This document shows positions 52,438 to 60,863 of a DNA stretch of 64,000 nt, one piece after another. This DNA comes from Gemmatimonadales bacterium (GTDB taxonomy: Bacteria; Gemmatimonadota; Gemmatimonadetes; Gemmatimonadales; GWC2-71-9), in contig DATGEQ010000114.1 of NCBI GenBank assembly GCA_035309945.1, forward strand, positions 4,266 through 68,265. The letters are read 5' to 3'. The notes beneath the pieces are model-generated. The model was given only the letters and a program-made list of their open reading frames with translations. It was not told the origin of the DNA and did no database searches. The position numbers and the translations under genes were made by a program. Position 1 is the first letter of the stretch; every line of letters begins with the position of its first letter.

Positions 52438-52995
52438 TCAGGCCGTGCCGGCCCCGGACTTCGCGAGATCTTCGATTTCTTCGACCGCCGTCGTGAGAAT
52501 CTCCGCGACCCGCTTCCGCGTCGCGTCGTTGTCAGCCCGCCAGCCGGTCCGATACACGGACTTCACCAGCCGCCCCAACGCGCGATTCACTTCGGCCATC
52601 GAGCCGCCCACCGTACGCTCAACCGTTGCGGCGACGCGCTCGAAAATGTCGTCGACGATGTCTTTGTGTTCTTCCAGGAAGGCCCGCCCTGTGTCGGTGA
52701 TTTCGTAGACCTTCTTGCCTTCGACTTCCCGCGCGACGACCAGGCCTTCATCCTCGAGCCACTGCAGCGTCGGGTAGACCGTCCCGGGCGACGGCGTGTA
52801 ACAGCCGTGCATCTGCTCTTCCAGCTCCTTCATGACTTCGTATCCGTGGCGCGGTTTGTCGCGCAGCAGCTTCAGGATCACGTACTTCATGTCACCGGCG
52901 CCGAACCACTGCCGCCGGCGCCTGGGCCCTCGAAACCCCCAAGACCGCGGACCCCAGGTAAAACCAAACCCTTCCCAGTCCCATTTGCCACGCAT
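52438..52995 (-). CDS. PadR-family transcriptional regulator
   Basis: ..ILKLLRDKPRHGYEVMKELEEQ..YTPSPGTVYPTLQWLEDEGLV.. canonical PadR wHTH. Gly/Trp/Arg-rich N-terminal extension. Confidence 0.85.
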   Translation of the reverse strand: MRGKWDWEGFGFTWGPRSWGFRGPRRRRQWFGAGDMKYVILKLLRDKPRHGYEVMKELEEQMHGCYTPSPGTVYPTLQWLEDEGLVVAREVEGKKVYEITDTGRAFLEEHKDIVDDIFERVAATVERTVGGSMAEVNRALGRLVKSVYRTGWRADNDATRKRVAEILTTAVEEIEDLAKSGAGTA

Positions 52996-53187
52996 TGCTG
53001 CCTTCTTGTGAGATGTTACGTGACGATATTCTTACACGATATATCTTGTCAAGCCTCCGTCGGGAGGCTGTGCGCCAAGTCACTATCGCACTTAAGCTTG
53101 CAATGTCGACGGCCACTCGTACATTCAGGCCACGCTGGACCGCCGATCCCTTGAACGCCCCACCCGCGCCCGGGAATAGGAGCAGCA

Positions 53188-53865
53188 ATGGCCGTGGAGA
53201 TCACCCCGCACCCTACGTGGGTGTCGGAATTGGACGCGACACTAGAGCCGAGCCGTCAGGCGATCCTCGACACGCCTGTCATCGTGGACGCGTCCGAGAA
53301 TCAGCTCGTCGACGGCCAGATCCAGAACTTTCTCGTCGCCTTCTACCCGATCATTCGGGACTTCCCGCAATGGCTGCAGATGCTGCTCGATCGCTCGCCA
53401 GCGATGGGCCGGGAATTCTTCAAGGACAACATCCGTGTCGAGCGCCGGCACGACGCGATGTGGCGCGCCATGGGCGACGGCTTCAACGTCCCCAAGAAGC
53501 GCTTTCAGGAGCCGGAGGCGATGCTTCCCGAAACGAAGAAATTCCACGCATACCTCACCGAGATGTGCCGCAACGCGGACTTCGGCCAGGCGGTCTCGGC
53601 GACGAACTACGCAGTTGAAGGAGTCGCCCAGAAGATTTCCGAGAAGGCACTGCGTGGTCTCGCGAAGAACGAAAAGATCGGCCCGCGCGGCCGCTGGTGG
53701 CTCGAGGAGCACGCCAAGTACGACGACGAGCATCCGATCCATGCGCTCGAGATCATCAAGGACTGCGTGAAGAACGGCGGCGACGATCCGCGAACGATCA
53801 CCGAAGCCGCGCTCGAGAGTCTGCGGTTGATGCGTTTGTCGATGGAGGCTTCCTATCACGCGTGA
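53188..53865 (+). CDS. heme-oxygenase-fold / TenA-PqqC-like 'iron-containing redox enzyme' family protein
   Basis: All-helical 225 aa. ..FYPIIRDFPQWL.. ..ERRHDAMW.. ..ATNYAVEGVAQ.. ..EEHAKYDDEHP.. pattern (E/H-rich helices). Family call from memory. Confidence 0.55.
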   Translation: MAVEITPHPTWVSELDATLEPSRQAILDTPVIVDASENQLVDGQIQNFLVAFYPIIRDFPQWLQMLLDRSPAMGREFFKDNIRVERRHDAMWRAMGDGFNVPKKRFQEPEAMLPETKKFHAYLTEMCRNADFGQAVSATNYAVEGVAQKISEKALRGLAKNEKIGPRGRWWLEEHAKYDDEHPIHALEIIKDCVKNGGDDPRTITEAALESLRLMRLSMEASYHA

Positions 53866-55799
53866 GTAAGGCTCGCCGCATCTCGCCGGCACGCGGGACC
53901 GGGACCGGACCCGCGGCCGGTAAGCGCCCGCTCTCTCCTGAGCGACTGGACCTGCTCCAGGCAGCGGCCGACGTTGTGGCCGCGCTGCCCGATGCAGTCG
54001 TCGTGACGGGTACGGATCGCCGTGTCTTGGCGGCCAACCAGGCCGGCGCCCAGCTGCTCGGCTGGGAACCGGACAACGTCGTCGGCCAGGCGATCTCCGA
54101 TCACGTCACGGCCGCCGAGCGCGCCCACGTGGCTTCGCGGGAAGACAAAGTGCTCGCCGGCGAGACGCAGCGGTACGAGACGCGCGTCGTCAATCACGCA
54201 ACCAACGAAGAACGCGACGTCGCTGTCTCGAGCGGTCCCTTCCGCGTCAACGGTGAAATCATCGGCACGGTCGCGACGCTCCGGGACATCACCGAACCCA
54301 AGCGCGCGCAGGAAACACTCGCCCGCTCGGAAGCGCGCTACCGCCACCTGGTCGAATCGGCCTCGGATGCCATCGTCACACTGGACGCGAACGGCCGCTT
54401 CACCACGGTCAATCATGCGGCGGAAAACATCTCCGGCTACAAGCGCGAGGAGCTCGTCGGCCAGTGGTTCGCCCCGATGCTCCCCGACGACGACCTCCCG
54501 AAGGCGCTGGGCCACTTCCAGCAGGCTCTCGCCGGCGAGACCGGTCTGTTCGAGACGCAGTTCTACCGCAAGGATGGCGAGGTCCGGATCATCTCCGTGA
54601 CGTACTCGACGCCGCAAAAGGACGAAGAAGTCCTCTGCTTGATCCGCGACGTCACCGATCAAAAGATGCTGCAGGAGCAGCTGATTCAATCGGAAAAGAT
54701 GTCGGCGATCGGGCAGCTGGTCTCCGGCGTAGCGCACGAGCTCAACAACCCGCTGGCCGGCATCTCCGCATTCGCGCAGCTGTTGCTCGCCGAAAAGCGC
54801 TTCCCGCCCGATCAGCGGACCGCGGCGGAAACAATCTACAGCGAAGCTCGACGCGCCAGCCGCATCGTCCAGAACCTCCTCACCTTCGCGCGCCAGCACA
54901 AAGCCGAAAAGATTCTCACGGCCATCAATCAGGTGCTCGACGACACGCTCGAGCTGCGCGGCTATGAGCTACGCGTGCGCGGCATCGACGTCCGGCGCGA
55001 GTACGACGAAACCCTGCCCGATACGATGGCCGACGCGCATCAGCTGCAGCAGGTCTTCCTCAATTTGATCACGAACGCCGAGCAGGCGATGGAGCAGCGG
55101 GACGGCCATCATCACCATCTGACCGTGCGGACTCGGCGCAACGGCGACGCGATCCGGATCGAGGTCGAGGACACCGGTGGCGGCATTCCGCCGAACTTGA
55201 TCGAGCGGATCTTCAACCCCTTCTTCACCACGAAGCCGACGGGCTCTGGGACCGGGCTTGGCCTCTCGATCTCGCTGGGCATCGTCCGCGAGCACGAAGG
55301 GAAAATCTGGGCCGAAAACGTCCCGCCGCCGCAGGCCGGCGCGCGGTTCGTCGTGGAGATCCCGATCACGGAGCCGCGCACGTCGGGCGAGCACGCCGCA
55401 GTGACGCAGGCGCACCCCCTCGGCAACGACAGCCTGCGCGTGCTCGTCGTGGACGATGAAGCGTCGGTTCGCGTCTCGCTGCAGCGCTATCTCGCCGGCA
55501 AAGGTCATCAGGTGGAAACCACGGCCAGCGGCGAGGATGCACTGGTACGGTTGAAGGGCACGAAGTACGACGCGGTAATTCTGGACATGCGCATGCCCGA
55601 TCTATCGGGCGAGCAGATCTACGAACGCCTTCGCAGCAACGATCCCTCCCACGCCGAGCGCGTGATCTTCACGACTGGCGACCTGGTGAACGAGCAGATG
55701 CGCCGGTTCCTCGACGGCACGGGGCGACCTTGCGTCCCCAAGCCATTCGAGTTCGCTTCTTTCGACCAGGCGTTGCCCGCGGCACGACGCCGCGCGTAA
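53862..55799 (+). CDS. hybrid sensor histidine kinase (PAS-PAS-HisKA-HATPase-REC)
   Basis: GTG 53862 (GTGA overlap upstream). H-box ..VSGVAHELNNPL... N, G1 (DTGGGI) and G2 (GSGTGLGLS) boxes. C-terminal receiver ..VLVVDDE.. ..VILDMRMPDLSG... Confidence 0.9.
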   Translation: MSKARRISPARGTGTGPAAGKRPLSPERLDLLQAAADVVAALPDAVVVTGTDRRVLAANQAGAQLLGWEPDNVVGQAISDHVTAAERAHVASREDKVLAGETQRYETRVVNHATNEERDVAVSSGPFRVNGEIIGTVATLRDITEPKRAQETLARSEARYRHLVESASDAIVTLDANGRFTTVNHAAENISGYKREELVGQWFAPMLPDDDLPKALGHFQQALAGETGLFETQFYRKDGEVRIISVTYSTPQKDEEVLCLIRDVTDQKMLQEQLIQSEKMSAIGQLVSGVAHELNNPLAGISAFAQLLLAEKRFPPDQRTAAETIYSEARRASRIVQNLLTFARQHKAEKILTAINQVLDDTLELRGYELRVRGIDVRREYDETLPDTMADAHQLQQVFLNLITNAEQAMEQRDGHHHHLTVRTRRNGDAIRIEVEDTGGGIPPNLIERIFNPFFTTKPTGSGTGLGLSISLGIVREHEGKIWAENVPPPQAGARFVVEIPITEPRTSGEHAAVTQAHPLGNDSLRVLVVDDEASVRVSLQRYLAGKGHQVETTASGEDALVRLKGTKYDAVILDMRMPDLSGEQIYERLRSNDPSHAERVIFTTGDLVNEQMRRFLDGTGRPCVPKPFEFASFDQALPAARRRA

Positions 55800-55843
55800 C
55801 AAGAGATCCGTTGCTGTTTTGGCTGACCTCAACCCGGACTGCC

Positions 55844-58555
55844 ATGCGCCCCCGCCCCCGCCCGCGCGCCGGCCCCGTGCTCTCCCTGCTGTTCGTGTTT
55901 GCGTCCCCGCTGATCGCTCAACAGCCGTTCGACTTCTACTCGCGCGGCCCCTATCGCCCGGCCGTGCCCCGGCCCGAGCAGATCACCGGATACGCCGCCG
56001 GCGACCAACAGACCATGTACGCAGTTATGCAACACTATCTCGACACCTTGGTCGCTACCGCGAGCGATCGTGTGCGGATCGAGACCTGGGGCCGCACGAG
56101 CGAGTACAGGCCGATCCGCGCCCTGATCATCTCCGATCCGGCCAATCTCGCCAAGCTCGACCAGGTCCGCGCCGAGATGGCCGAGCTGGCCGATCCGCGG
56201 AAAACGTCGGCCGCGCGCGCCGCCGCGATCGCCGCACAGAGTCCCGCGGTCGCGCTGTTTCAGTACTCCGTCCACGGCGATGAGCCGGCCGGATTCGAAG
56301 CGGCCATGCAGGTCGCCTACCAGCTGGCCGCTTCTGAGGAACCGCAAACGCTCGAGATCCTCAAATCGGTCGTGCTCGTCCTCAATCCATCCGCCAACCC
56401 GGACGGTCACGAGCGCTTTGCGGCGTGGTACAACTCAGTCGGCATCGGCGCCGATAACCCTTTCGCGTTCGAGCACAATGAGCCCTGGAGTATCACGGGC
56501 CGCTACAGCCATTACCGCTTCGACATGAACCGCGACCTCCTGGCGCAGAGCCAGCCTGAGGTCCGGGCGATGATGGACGGTGAGCTGCGCTGGCATCCCC
56601 AGGTCTTCGTCGATCACCATTCGACGACGCCGACGTTTTTCTTCCCTCCGGTAGCGCAAGCCGTGAACATGAATCTGCCCGCGCAAACCACCCGGTGGTT
56701 CGACACCTATGGCCGCGGCAATGCTGCGGCGTTCGACAAGTACGGCTGGCAATACCAGATCCGCGGCGTGTTCGACTTCTTCTACGTCGGCTACTGGGAC
56801 GAGTGGTCTACCTTCCAGGGCGCGACCGGGATGACGTACGAAACCGACGGGGGACCCGAGTTCCGCCTCCGCCGTGATGACGGCAGCATCTCGACCTTCC
56901 GCGACGGCATCGCGCATCATTTCGTCGCCTCGCTCGCCACGCTCGAGACGACGGCCAAAAATCGCCAGAACCGCCTTTCCGACTACTATGATTTCCGCCG
57001 CTCAGCCATGGCCGAAGCCGCCACCGATCGGATCAAGCGCGTCGTCATCGTGCCGGGCGACGACCCCCAGTCTGCGGCGCATGTCGTAGGACTGCTGCTC
57101 AGGAACGGGATCGAGGTGACTCGGCTCCGGCAACCGCTCGCATCACGCGCGGCCCACAGCTATCTGACGCGGCGGAGCGCAGGGATGGCGCGCACGTTCC
57201 CGGCCGGCACCTATGTGATCGATCTCAACCAGCCGCAGCGCCGCGTCGCCAAGGGGATGCTCGAGCCGGACCCGGAGTTTCGAGCGTCGTTCGTTGCGGA
57301 GCAGCAAGCGCGGTTTCAGCGAAATCGGCGGAGGGGCGAAAGCACGGACAGAGAAGACTACGGCTTCTACGACATCACCGCCTGGTCGCTGCCCATGTCG
57401 TTCAATCTCGACGCGTACTGGACCGAGGACACCGGGGGAGGCCCCGCCGGCGACGCCGTGACGGACTCGGTGGTGCCGCCGCCCGCGGCGCCGGCGCACG
57501 CGACGAGTGCCTATCTCTTTCTCAACGACAGGCCCGGCGCCGCCAAGCTCGCCTTGGCGCTCGAGCGCGAGGGATTCCTGTTGTCGATCGCGCGCTCCTC
57601 CGTGCATGCCGACGGCCGCTCCTACCCGCGCGGCGCATTCATCGCGCGGACGCAGCGCAATCCGGCCGCCTTGCACGAGCGCATCGCCGCCCTGGGTCCG
57701 TCTCTTGGCGTGCCGGTCATTCCCGTCCAAACCGCGTTCCCGGACTCGGTCGACTACGGCATCGGCTCCGACGAAGTCATCGCGTTACACGCGCCCAAAA
57801 TCCTCGTCGCTGCCGGCGACGGCATCTGGGAAACGAGCTACGGCTGGCTCTGGTACTACCTGGCCAAGGAGTTGAACGCGCCGTTCACCCCCGTCCCGCT
57901 GCGCGCGATTGGTCGCATGTCGGACCTCGATGCCTTCAATGTCATCATCATCCCCGATGGTTCCGGCGGTCGCATGCGGCGCGAGCTCGGCGATGACGGA
58001 GTCGAAAAGCTGAAAGCGTGGGTGCGGTCAGGGGGCGCGTTGATCGGTTATGGCGGCGCCGGCAGCCTGGCGTCGAACAAAGACGTGGACTTGACGAGCG
58101 TTACCACCGTCGCGCCGGACAGCGGCGCGGCGGCCGACACGACGCTCCCGGGCGCCGAGCCACCAATGGTATCGAAGACCGCTCCGCCGCGCGGGCGAGT
58201 CGAGTGGATTCCCGGCTCGATCTTTCGTGCCACCCTCGACACCACGCATTGGCTGACGCTGGGTTATCCGCGCGACCGGCTCCCCGTGTTCATCGACGGC
58301 GACACGTTCTGGCGGCCATCGAAGAGCGGCGCGAACGCCGTCGCGTTCACCGATCCGGCAGACTCGCTCGTGCTGTCGGGATTCACGTGGCCCGATAACA
58401 CCGCGCGGCTGCTCAAGGGCTCGACCTGGGCCGTCGTCGAGAACCAGGGCAACGGGCACGTCGTGCTGTTCTTGAGTGACCCGTTGTTTCGCGCTTTCTG
58501 GCGGGGGCCAGCGAAGCTGTTGACGAATGCGATTCTGATTGGGCCGAATCGGTAG
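55844..58555 (+). CDS. large secreted M14-family zinc carboxypeptidase-like protein
   Basis: ATG 55844 with signal peptide. Zn motif ..SVHGDEPAG.. (HxxE) and ..NPDGHE... Long C-terminal extension. Confidence 0.75.
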   Translation: MRPRPRPRAGPVLSLLFVFASPLIAQQPFDFYSRGPYRPAVPRPEQITGYAAGDQQTMYAVMQHYLDTLVATASDRVRIETWGRTSEYRPIRALIISDPANLAKLDQVRAEMAELADPRKTSAARAAAIAAQSPAVALFQYSVHGDEPAGFEAAMQVAYQLAASEEPQTLEILKSVVLVLNPSANPDGHERFAAWYNSVGIGADNPFAFEHNEPWSITGRYSHYRFDMNRDLLAQSQPEVRAMMDGELRWHPQVFVDHHSTTPTFFFPPVAQAVNMNLPAQTTRWFDTYGRGNAAAFDKYGWQYQIRGVFDFFYVGYWDEWSTFQGATGMTYETDGGPEFRLRRDDGSISTFRDGIAHHFVASLATLETTAKNRQNRLSDYYDFRRSAMAEAATDRIKRVVIVPGDDPQSAAHVVGLLLRNGIEVTRLRQPLASRAAHSYLTRRSAGMARTFPAGTYVIDLNQPQRRVAKGMLEPDPEFRASFVAEQQARFQRNRRRGESTDREDYGFYDITAWSLPMSFNLDAYWTEDTGGGPAGDAVTDSVVPPPAAPAHATSAYLFLNDRPGAAKLALALEREGFLLSIARSSVHADGRSYPRGAFIARTQRNPAALHERIAALGPSLGVPVIPVQTAFPDSVDYGIGSDEVIALHAPKILVAAGDGIWETSYGWLWYYLAKELNAPFTPVPLRAIGRMSDLDAFNVIIIPDGSGGRMRRELGDDGVEKLKAWVRSGGALIGYGGAGSLASNKDVDLTSVTTVAPDSGAAADTTLPGAEPPMVSKTAPPRGRVEWIPGSIFRATLDTTHWLTLGYPRDRLPVFIDGDTFWRPSKSGANAVAFTDPADSLVLSGFTWPDNTARLLKGSTWAVVENQGNGHVVLFLSDPLFRAFWRGPAKLLTNAILIGPNR

Positions 58556-58569
58556 CAGTTGATGAAACA

Positions 58570-58597
58570 GTAGGGGCGCAGCATGCTGCGCCCCTAC
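58570..58597. repeat. 28-bp perfect palindrome GTAGGGGCGCAGCATGCTGCGCCCCTAC, copy 2
   Basis: Identical to 47284-47311. Lies between the convergent M14 (+) and PDZ (-) genes. Confidence 0.8.
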
Positions 58598-58618
58598 GAT
58601 CACGACTTTCGGCGCCGG

Positions 58619-59599
58619 TTAGATCGCCCGGCTGGTCCGAATCACATCGCGAATCCGCCGCAACGGGATCTGGATCCGTTGCCGAATGTCCGGCGCGATC
58701 CTGAACCAGCTCGGCTCCTCATGCGCGCGCGGCGTCATCCTGAACATCCGCTCGTCACGGTCCGGCACCTTCCATGACACAGCGACGTGCCTCTGTTTCC
58801 GCAATACGTCCAGCGTGACCGTCTCGCCCACATCGTAGGAGCGGAGAATCCGCATCGCTTGCTCGGGCGAAGAGGGTTTGCGCCCGCCGATCGACACGAT
58901 GACGTCGCCGCCCTTCAGCGCCAGGGCCGAGTCTTCCGGCGCTTTCACGACGAGCACGCCCTCGCGGGTTCCGAAGTAATCGCCGAGGTCGGGATTCAGC
59001 TTCACCATCTCGATGCCGCCCCACGGGCTACCCCACGAGAATTCAAACTCACTGCCGGGACCCATCTGTACCTTCGGCATATCTCCCATGAGGGGAGCCA
59101 TGTCCGGCATTTCCATCGATCCCGTCCAGGCCATCCCCCCACCGAGGTCCTCGGCGACGATCGTCGCCTTGCGCGTGTCGCTGCCGCGCTTGTACTCAAC
59201 TTGGACCGTGTCGCCCGGCTCGAGCCGGCGCGCCAGATCGATCAGCTTCATACCGGGGCCGGAGTCCTCATCCCGCTCGGCCGTCGCGCCGGCCAGACTG
59301 GTGTCGTTGAAGCGCGTGATGACATCGCCCGCCTTGAGGCCGGCCTTCTCGGCCGGTCCCCCGGGTGTGATGCCTTCGATACGCGCGCCGACCTTATCGC
59401 CGGACGCGTCGGCTTTGGTGTCGACGATGACGCCGATACGGCCGCGATTGCCCGTGAACGCCAAGGTATATGGTCCGTCGCGCGTCTCGACCCGCACCCG
59501 CGGCCGCGCACGGGCTCGTGGCGCGGTGGCTTGTGTGTTCGCCGCGGCCGGCCACATCAGACAAACGGCAAGCGCTGCCACTGTGAAATTGCGAACCAT
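58619..59599 (-). CDS. periplasmic tandem-PDZ protein (no protease domain)
   Basis: ATG 59599 with GGGAGGGAAG upstream and a signal peptide. Two PDZ cores (..GARIEGITPGGPAEKAGLKAGDVITRFN.. and ..GVLVVKAPEDSALALKGGDVIVSIGG..). Confidence 0.7.
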   Translation of the reverse strand: MVRNFTVAALAVCLMWPAAANTQATAPRARARPRVRVETRDGPYTLAFTGNRGRIGVIVDTKADASGDKVGARIEGITPGGPAEKAGLKAGDVITRFNDTSLAGATAERDEDSGPGMKLIDLARRLEPGDTVQVEYKRGSDTRKATIVAEDLGGGMAWTGSMEMPDMAPLMGDMPKVQMGPGSEFEFSWGSPWGGIEMVKLNPDLGDYFGTREGVLVVKAPEDSALALKGGDVIVSIGGRKPSSPEQAMRILRSYDVGETVTLDVLRKQRHVAVSWKVPDRDERMFRMTPRAHEEPSWFRIAPDIRQRIQIPLRRIRDVIRTSRAI

Positions 59600-59622
59600 C
59601 TGCTTCCCTCCCCCAGGGGCTC

Positions 59623-60204
59623 CTAGAGCCCGACGTAGCGCGCGCGCGTGGCGTGAGCGTTCACCAGCTCCCGCATCAGATCCACGCGCTGCTGCCACAG
59701 TTTGACGAGCTCGGCATCTTCCCGCGCGCTTTGCTGTTGCTGCGCGAGCGTACCGTCGAGCATGGAAATGCGGTCTTCCAAATCCGCGACGACGGCAGCC
59801 GCATGACCGCTCATGACGCGGCCGTCGGTATCGTATTGCTTCAGGGAGTCTTCCAATGACGCCGACTGCTGTTTCGCCTGGCTCAACTCAGCGTGCAGCG
59901 GCGTCTGGCTTCCCGGTTGGATCAGCAGGATGGCGGCGATACTGGCGGCGAGGGCGAGGCTGCCGGTCCACGTCCCCCAGGTGCGACGGCGGCGTGAGCG
60001 CTCGGCGCGCAATGTTGCCTGAATGACGGGCCAGCGGTCGCGCGGAGGATGCAGCGCCGGCAATGCCTTGAGCTGCGCGACACGCTGGTAGAGTCCTTCC
60101 AGCTCCGCCTGACACTGAGCGCAGGTAGTGATGTGCCGGCGCGCCCACACCGACGCCTCACGCGCCTGCAGTGCTCCCAGATCTTCCATCGTACAGTGCA
60201 TCAT
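59623..60204 (-). CDS. zinc-binding (ZAS, HxxxCxxC) anti-sigma factor, single-pass
   Basis: ..HITTCAQC.. motif, TM helix (LALAASIAAILLI) and coiled-coil periplasmic tail. ATGA overlap with the sigma gene. Confidence 0.75.
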   Translation of the reverse strand: MMHCTMEDLGALQAREASVWARRHITTCAQCQAELEGLYQRVAQLKALPALHPPRDRWPVIQATLRAERSRRRRTWGTWTGSLALAASIAAILLIQPGSQTPLHAELSQAKQQSASLEDSLKQYDTDGRVMSGHAAAVVADLEDRISMLDGTLAQQQQSAREDAELVKLWQQRVDLMRELVNAHATRARYVGL

Positions 60205-60731
60205 GCGCGTGCTCCTTCATCGAGCATCCGCCGCAACCGCGCGTGGGCCCGCGCCAGCTGCGACTTCGAAAAGCTCACCGTCTTTCCCATCTGCTCGGCG
60301 ATTTCCTCGTGTGTGTATCCCTCGACATCGTGCAGCCACACCACCGCGCGCGATGTCTCGGACAACGTTTCCAGCGCCCGCTCCAAATCGAGGTTGGCAC
60401 CGATGTGCATCCCCGGCTTACCGGGCTCCTCGTCCAGCGACTCCGTTTGACGCACCTGCTCGCGACGAATGCGCATCAGTGCCTTGGTGGTCGCGATGCG
60501 CCGGATCCAGCCCCACAAGTGTCCCTCACCGCGATACTGCTTGAGGTTGCGCACCACCTCCAGAAACGTCTCCTGCAGCACGTCCTCCGCGTCCTCCGGC
60601 CGGCGCAGAATCCGCCGGACGAGGTTGTAGACAGGCGTCTCGAAGGCACGGTACAGGGCTTCGAGGGCGGCTTCATCTCCGGCTTGCGCGCGGGCGACGA
60701 TGACATCGGGAACGGCGAAGGCCACTGTCAT
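60201..60731 (-). CDS. ECF sigma factor (RpoE-like)
   Basis: Region 2 ..DAEDVLQETFLEVVRNLKQYR..LWGWIRRIA.. and region 4 ..VVWLHDVEGYTHEEIAEQMGKTVSFSKSQLARAHARLR... Confidence 0.9.
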   Translation of the reverse strand: MTVAFAVPDVIVARAQAGDEAALEALYRAFETPVYNLVRRILRRPEDAEDVLQETFLEVVRNLKQYRGEGHLWGWIRRIATTKALMRIRREQVRQTESLDEEPGKPGMHIGANLDLERALETLSETSRAVVWLHDVEGYTHEEIAEQMGKTVSFSKSQLARAHARLRRMLDEGARA

Positions 60732-60829
60732 GTCCGAAAGTTTAGATGCGACAACGAGCTATAGCGTCGCGACCAACGTACGTCGTACCTCGCGCGTCGT
60801 GCGTCGGTTTCCTAAGTAGTTACCCAGTA

Positions 60830-60857
60830 GGAACTTGACGACATCGCAGATATCTTA
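60830..60857 (+). promoter_or_regulatory. ECF/sigma-E-type promoter GGAACTT-N16-TCTTA directly upstream of the VIT1 gene
   Basis: GGAACTT at 60830-60836, a 16-nt spacer, TCTTA at 60853-60857, and ATG at 60864 (6 nt after the -10). Confidence 0.4.
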
Positions 60858-60863
60858 GCGCGC

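Noticed and set aside
52996-53187. TPP riboswitch upstream of the TenA-like gene
   Set aside because: I could not find the conserved CUGAGA / ACCUGAUCUGGAUAAUGCCAGCG-type cores. The region is better explained as a divergent promoter/operator region.
60732-60863. yybP-ykoY (Mn) riboswitch or Fur box upstream of the VIT1 transporter
   Set aside because: Two AGTAG words are present, but the GGGGAGUAG L1 core and the rest of the four-way architecture are absent. There is no 19-bp Fur-box-like AT palindrome. If the ECF-type promoter call is right there is no 5' UTR at all.
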